Of a stretch of 64,000 nt of DNA, positions 59,181-64,000 are shown in pieces. Positions within the stretch are counted from its first letter, which is position 1; every line of letters starts with the position of its first letter. The notes beneath the pieces are model-generated. The model ran no database searches. It saw only the letters and a list, made by a program, of their open reading frames with translations, and was not told where the DNA came from. Location of the stretch: assembly GCA_036172245.1 (NCBI GenBank), contig JAYWIR010000034.1, forward strand, positions 1,364,001-1,428,000. The letters run 5' to 3'. A program made the position numbers and the translations under genes. The stretch comes from Raillietiella orientalis (taxonomy: Eukaryota).

Positions 59181-61930
59181 TGGATTCATGATCCACAGAC
59201 TGTTCTCATTGGATGTTCCTCTACTCTTCTTGAGGTGATTAATCACTTTTGAGAAAAAGACATGAAAGACATCCTCAAAACACATGCAAACTGAGCGATT
59301 CTCCTTAAGTCGAACGGAAAAATGAGTTTACCTTCAGCTTTTTTGAAAGAGCTACCTCCGAAATGTGACTCTGAAAACCAGAAAGCAGTGGGCTGTTTTG
59401 CTCCGGAAACGACCGGATCATCTCTTGCAGGCATCTGCGGGGTACTCACCCTTTTTATGGAATCTAAACGGGAAGCATTTCCTGACGTCAGTGAGCTGAT
59501 AGCCGTCCAGTCTTTGGACAGCAGGACTGCGCACGTAAAATAAAAACTTCACAAATAGAATCACTTCATCCCAATTTTTTCAGTTGAAAGAAGGTTGAAA
59601 TAGGGTATGCAATCAAGTGGAGGGGGAGAGTTTCCTCCTGTATCCATTTGCTGTCCGTTCGCTTCTCATCGCCCCGTGATTTTCGTAGGTTCTTCCATCA
59701 CGACAGAGACTTAACCGATGCTGTTGGTACTTATTCCAAGAACACTGCATGTTTGAGAACACCATATCTTCTCTGATGTTCTACTCCAACTTCCTGGGAA
59801 TATTTTTTCCCTCGGCGCTTCATCAATTCCCAGGTCCCAGAATCTCTTGGGTTCCAAGGCCTCAGAGATCCTTACGGAAAACTCTCTTATGGCTATGCGC
59901 TCCCCTTCGGAGGCAAAATGAAGAGTCAGTCCTAAACCATTCTTGCTCTCCTTCTTTTGCCTTGTCTATTCCGATACCGTTGTCGAATGCTTGTAGGAGC
60001 AAGAGACAACTTGCACAACTTCCCTCTGCCCTATCCGAATCCAGAGCCAAATCCGTTCCCGGAATAATCTGATTCTCAGCCCGCTCACTCTGAAGCATTT
60101 ATTTATATATACAGATAAACACACAAAATACATAATGCATACGGCCAAAGATTACGCTGACAAGAAGTTTGGCCACATGCAAGGAAACTGAGAACAGTAC
60201 TGAACAAACCAAAGAAAAAAAAAATCAAGCGAACGAGTCAAAATTACATTAGTATGTAGTAGGGGAAAAAAAGGTGGTGTCACCTGGTGTGGACCTAATT
60301 GCACTACAGTCTGTCACAGTCTGGTTGGAGGCTACCAGCTCCCGGAGTTTTAGAGTAGCCTTCTTAATCTGGGTCACCAGCTTGCCGTGTTTCTCCCTGA
60401 TCATCGTCTGGTTTCTGGCGCACATGTCTAGAGTGTGACTCAGTAATCAACGTAATTTTCCCCTTTCTCCATTTCTTTTCATACATCATGACAATATGAG
60501 GAAACGATCCTTGAGCACCCAAAATTAACGTCCTCATAAAGAATTCCTGCTCACCTCTCTTTCCCTTTCAACCCATACCACCCCTGATCTCCGTACCTCC
60601 CACAATCTCTGCAAAGCTAACTAATGAAATCTACGATAGGACAGAGCTGCCTTCACATCCCGAAGAGTCAGCTTTCGCTACTACACAGTTACATGCGCAA
60701 CCATCACACTCGTCGATCCCCCTCAACTCACCCGACATAAACAACCACCTAGTAACCAATAAACAACAAGCGCGTATCCTTATAAAGACAAGCTGTTCTC
60801 TAACACATATAGGCTGCACGCTGGACCTCGAAGCCAGCTTGGGACCGCACGTCGAAAAATCTCATAGTGGGCAGTCAACCACCGCCTCCAGGCACACCGC
60901 TATCTGACGTCGCCGTTCTTCCCATCCTGCAGGATTAAGAGAGGAATCCTGCAGAACCCTGAGTAGATGGTTCCTGACATCATGTCCTCAGATTAAGAGA
61001 GGAAACTTACATCCTCCGAAGCGAGATCAGCCTGGTTGCCTGGAATGCTTTTTGCTCGGAGCCGTCTCTCTGCTTTAAAGAGGATCTTTCTATACGGAAT
61101 CTCCAGAGAATTCTTGAGACGCGAGCTCTTCTGTCTTCCATGATCTTCTAGGTCCTCTCCACCCATTCGCTCACCGCTTCACCTGAGCGAGTTAGCTTCA
61201 GAGAGCCAGGGAGCTGCAAAAATTTTTCCGTATTTCTAATACACGTCTTATATTCCTTTCATAAGACGCTTTGGATACAATCGACTCTATTGCTATGGAT
61301 ACAGTCGACTCTGTTCCCTTGAAGGAAGCACGATCAGGAGTCTGGAGACTTAAGGGAGGACGTCGCAGATCATCCAAGAACTTCGGTTTTATAGGACATT
61401 TTACGAATTCATTTAAAAGCGAAAGAAAAAAAAAAGAGGCGACTTTCCAGGGCAAGACAAAAAACTCGCTTCCTGAGTAATCCTTCCTTCGTACAGATAG
61501 AGACGATCTCTCCAGCTGCTACTAGGCGACGGTCTACAAGAGCTCAGCATCTGCAGGCATAACAAGCTCCAGCAGTGCGGGTGAGTTAGGTTCGGCTGAA
61601 GCAAGGACTTCACCCTTATCCTCAGAATCGTTTCTGTCCGACAGGCGTTCACCTCCCGAATTTCTCAGAATTCCTCTCGCTTGTTTCCCTTTCCTCTTCA
61701 ATTTCAATCTACTCTTATCCTCCTCCTCTTCGCTCTCTGCTTCCGCATCCTTCAAGGAAAGGGGAAAAAAGATGCAATCAAGCATTGGGTCTTTTCATGC
61801 TGAGGTGATTCAATAGTGAGGTCCAATTTTTCCTTGTTTTACATCGAAGAACGGCGGCCCCCTGAGAGAATGGCAGCCTGCTATGTTTGCAGCTCTCCGA
61901 GGTGCGAGTGCTTGTGACCTTTCGTCTTCT

Positions 61931-62110
61931 GCTGAAGACGAGTCGTCAAGGCAGATAGAGCCTTCACGAGATGAGTCATCAATCAGAATAGCAGCCTCTG
62001 GTTTCCAAGCCAGCAGTATTGCCTCTTGCATGCAGAGGAGGTTTGTCGTTTTTCCTTTCTATGATCTTTCCATCTCCTTGTCACTGAGATCGCCGACGGC
62101 AGAGACAACG
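61931..62110 (-). pseudogene. Paralogous N-terminal module, copy A (pair of 63640-63800)
   Basis: WLGNQRLLF*LMTHLVKALSALTTRLQ aligns with WLGNQRL*LMTHLVKALSASTTYLQ. Upstream VGDL/KIIERKND resembles IADFKEKLVARKDS. Confidence 0.55.
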
Positions 62111-62839
62111 TTGCATTAGAAACGCGCAGGTTCCCGATCAATGCGGTATGCTAACGAGCACCGCGACAAAGACAGAGAGGCGTTTCTCCCCAGTCCTCTA
62201 CTTTGTGATTCGAAGCACCTTTCGCGCGATCTTCATCTTCCGGCAAGCGGAGCAGAACTGGTTTTTCTCCACACGGACGCAACCGCAATCTTGCCGCGAT
62301 CATGAAGGAGGAATACCTGGTGAGAGGGGAGTCACATAAGCAGTGAGAGCATGTCCCGGATTCCGGGATTCCTGGTTTTTGTTCTTCCTCCAAACACTGC
62401 AAACTTACCCACTTCCTCCCCCCCCCCCATCGCCTCGTTGTTTCAAGAGACGGACGCACACCCTCCTCCACAGGTGAAAGATGAAAGCTGAGCTCTGCTA
62501 AGAGATGACCTAGACCATTTTTCCAGCAGGATCTCCACGAGATGCATCGTCAGCTTCCTCTACCTCTCTCAGCTGGAAGCTCCTAAGCGCTCCCTTCAAT
62601 CTCCGGCGACTTTTTGCACCCTAATCGCCGCCCACCAAAGGATTGTTCCTCGGAACGCACGCTGCCTCCTCGGAGCCCAGTAAGCTCTCTCCATGCTGAT
62701 TCAGACGCCAGGAAGATAGAGGAATCCTTTGCTACTTGAGACGGCTACTTGATCTGGCCGACAGACCTCGAGAAGGCAAAGCCCCGAAAGGCAAAGTCCC
62801 ATCTACAGCCTCCTCCTCACGCAGCGAGGTAGTTGAGAG

Positions 62840-63850
62840 AACCATGCCGACATCGTCGAATACGATCCAAAGGTCCGGATCGGATGCTACTGAGGTGAGA
62901 AAGCTTCCTTTCTCGTTCGCTCTCCTTCTGCTTCAAAGAAGCAAAACGATTCCACCCTTCCGCCATTGACTTCTGCACCCGAAAGCTGCTCATCGCCTCT
63001 TCACAGCTGCGGTGCCTCTTCGAGGGCTCAAGAAACGAGATCTCTTTTTCCCGTAGAGTCTCAACTTGGCTTCCCTTTTGGGGGTTCGTGCGGTTCTGCA
63101 ATGAAGGTTCCAAGAGGGAGACAATGAGTTCCTCCGTTCTTCTTTCAAGATGCGGTTGTGTCAAATACCTTCCAAGAAGACTGGCTAGCAGCTGCTAGCC
63201 ACCTTTGTATATGTTCTCTTCTAAGGATCCAAGGATACTGGTGTCACGGGGAGTACTTTCCTCCACAATGAAGGAACTTTCTCATATTTCTTTTCCATCC
63301 ACTCCCCACTATCCACGTAACTTTCATCTTTCGCTTCTGCAGGTTTCTGCAGTTCATGTTTCTGCAGCTCCGCCTTATCGCCCACAGTCTTCCTCTTTCA
63401 TCTTGCATTTCTCCATTTTGTTTCACTTCTCCTCGCCTTAAGGAAAGTGCTGTAAAAGGGGAAGAAATAACGTCCTCTTTTTTTACAAGTTCTTCTCCGA
63501 ATCTCCATGCCCAACGATCTGCTCCTTCGTAGCTGACTTTCCGTGTGAAAACCACTCGCTCTCTCACCACTACTCAGCAGTGATCTCAGAATATGGAAAA
63601 ATCCCGGTGGTGGCATGGGCAGGAAGGAAGCAAAGCTAGGCTGAAGATAAGTCGTTGAAGCAGACAGAGCCTTCACTAGATGAGTCATTAATCACAGCCT
63701 CTGATTTCCAAGCCAGAAAGAAGAAGGAATCTCTAGGTGCCGGGAGTCCTTCCTAGCAACCAACTTTTCCTTGAAATCGGCAATCCCTCGTGGCTCGCGT
63801 TGAGGGTCCTCGGCGATCACCAGCCCAGGGTCGTAGATCCCGCGGACTTC
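62840..63850 (-). pseudogene. Decayed gene: N-terminal module plus possible P-loop NTPase (Crinkler-like architecture, tentative)
   Basis: IADFKEKLVARK...FWLGNQRL module, then VTWIVGSG/GK (frameshifted Walker A-like, near 63290-63320) and LWIVFDDV (Walker B-like, near 62848-62872). Confidence 0.35.
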
Positions 63851-64000
63851 CCCCTCTTTTAGTGGCAAGCTCAGGGGAAATCATGATGGAGAAATCTTGA
63901 CTCTATTTTCCTACAGGAAACATCCCCAGCTCCACTGGGCACACATCCTCCTCCGAACTATTTGGATATGGAATCCCTTCATGAGGCTTCTGAAGGAAAA

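Noticed and set aside
1..64000. Supplied ORFs as genuine genes
   Set aside because: They are short, overlap in all frames and have low-complexity translations; recognisable motifs jump between frames, which indicates relics rather than genes.
1..64000. CRISPR array, rRNA, tRNA or prokaryotic operon
   Set aside because: No regularly spaced repeats, no recognisable rRNA or tRNA motifs and no gene-dense organisation seen by eye; tRNAscan-SE and Infernal were not run.
1..64000. Alternative genetic code or tiny introns as the general cause of broken ORFs
   Set aside because: Breaks are mostly frameshifts accompanied by substitutions in catalytic motifs, and all three stop codons occur; I saw no consistent splice pattern at the breaks.

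Overview
Eukaryotic-looking, roughly 50% GC, repeat-derived DNA. I find no intact protein-coding gene, RNA gene or CRISPR array, and almost all ORFs in the supplied track are fragments or shadow frames. Read across frameshifts, most of the window resolves into a dense graveyard of about 30 decayed transposable-element fragments on both strands: many Ty3/gypsy gag/pol pieces (RT, RNase H, integrase), Ty1/copia pieces (one GalEa-like), two copies of an R2-like non-LTR element, APE-endonuclease-like and RNase H1-like fragments, and two hAT transposase tails. There are also decayed P-loop NTPase (possibly Crinkler-like) genes near both ends. The most notable signal is the mode of decay: dense small indels, a microhomology-flanked deletion, tandem micro-duplications and templated inverted insertions that create perfect hairpins, with CpG still abundant. 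All domain calls are by-eye motif matches across frameshifts, not database-verified, and boundaries are approximate. The host taxon cannot be identified from this window.
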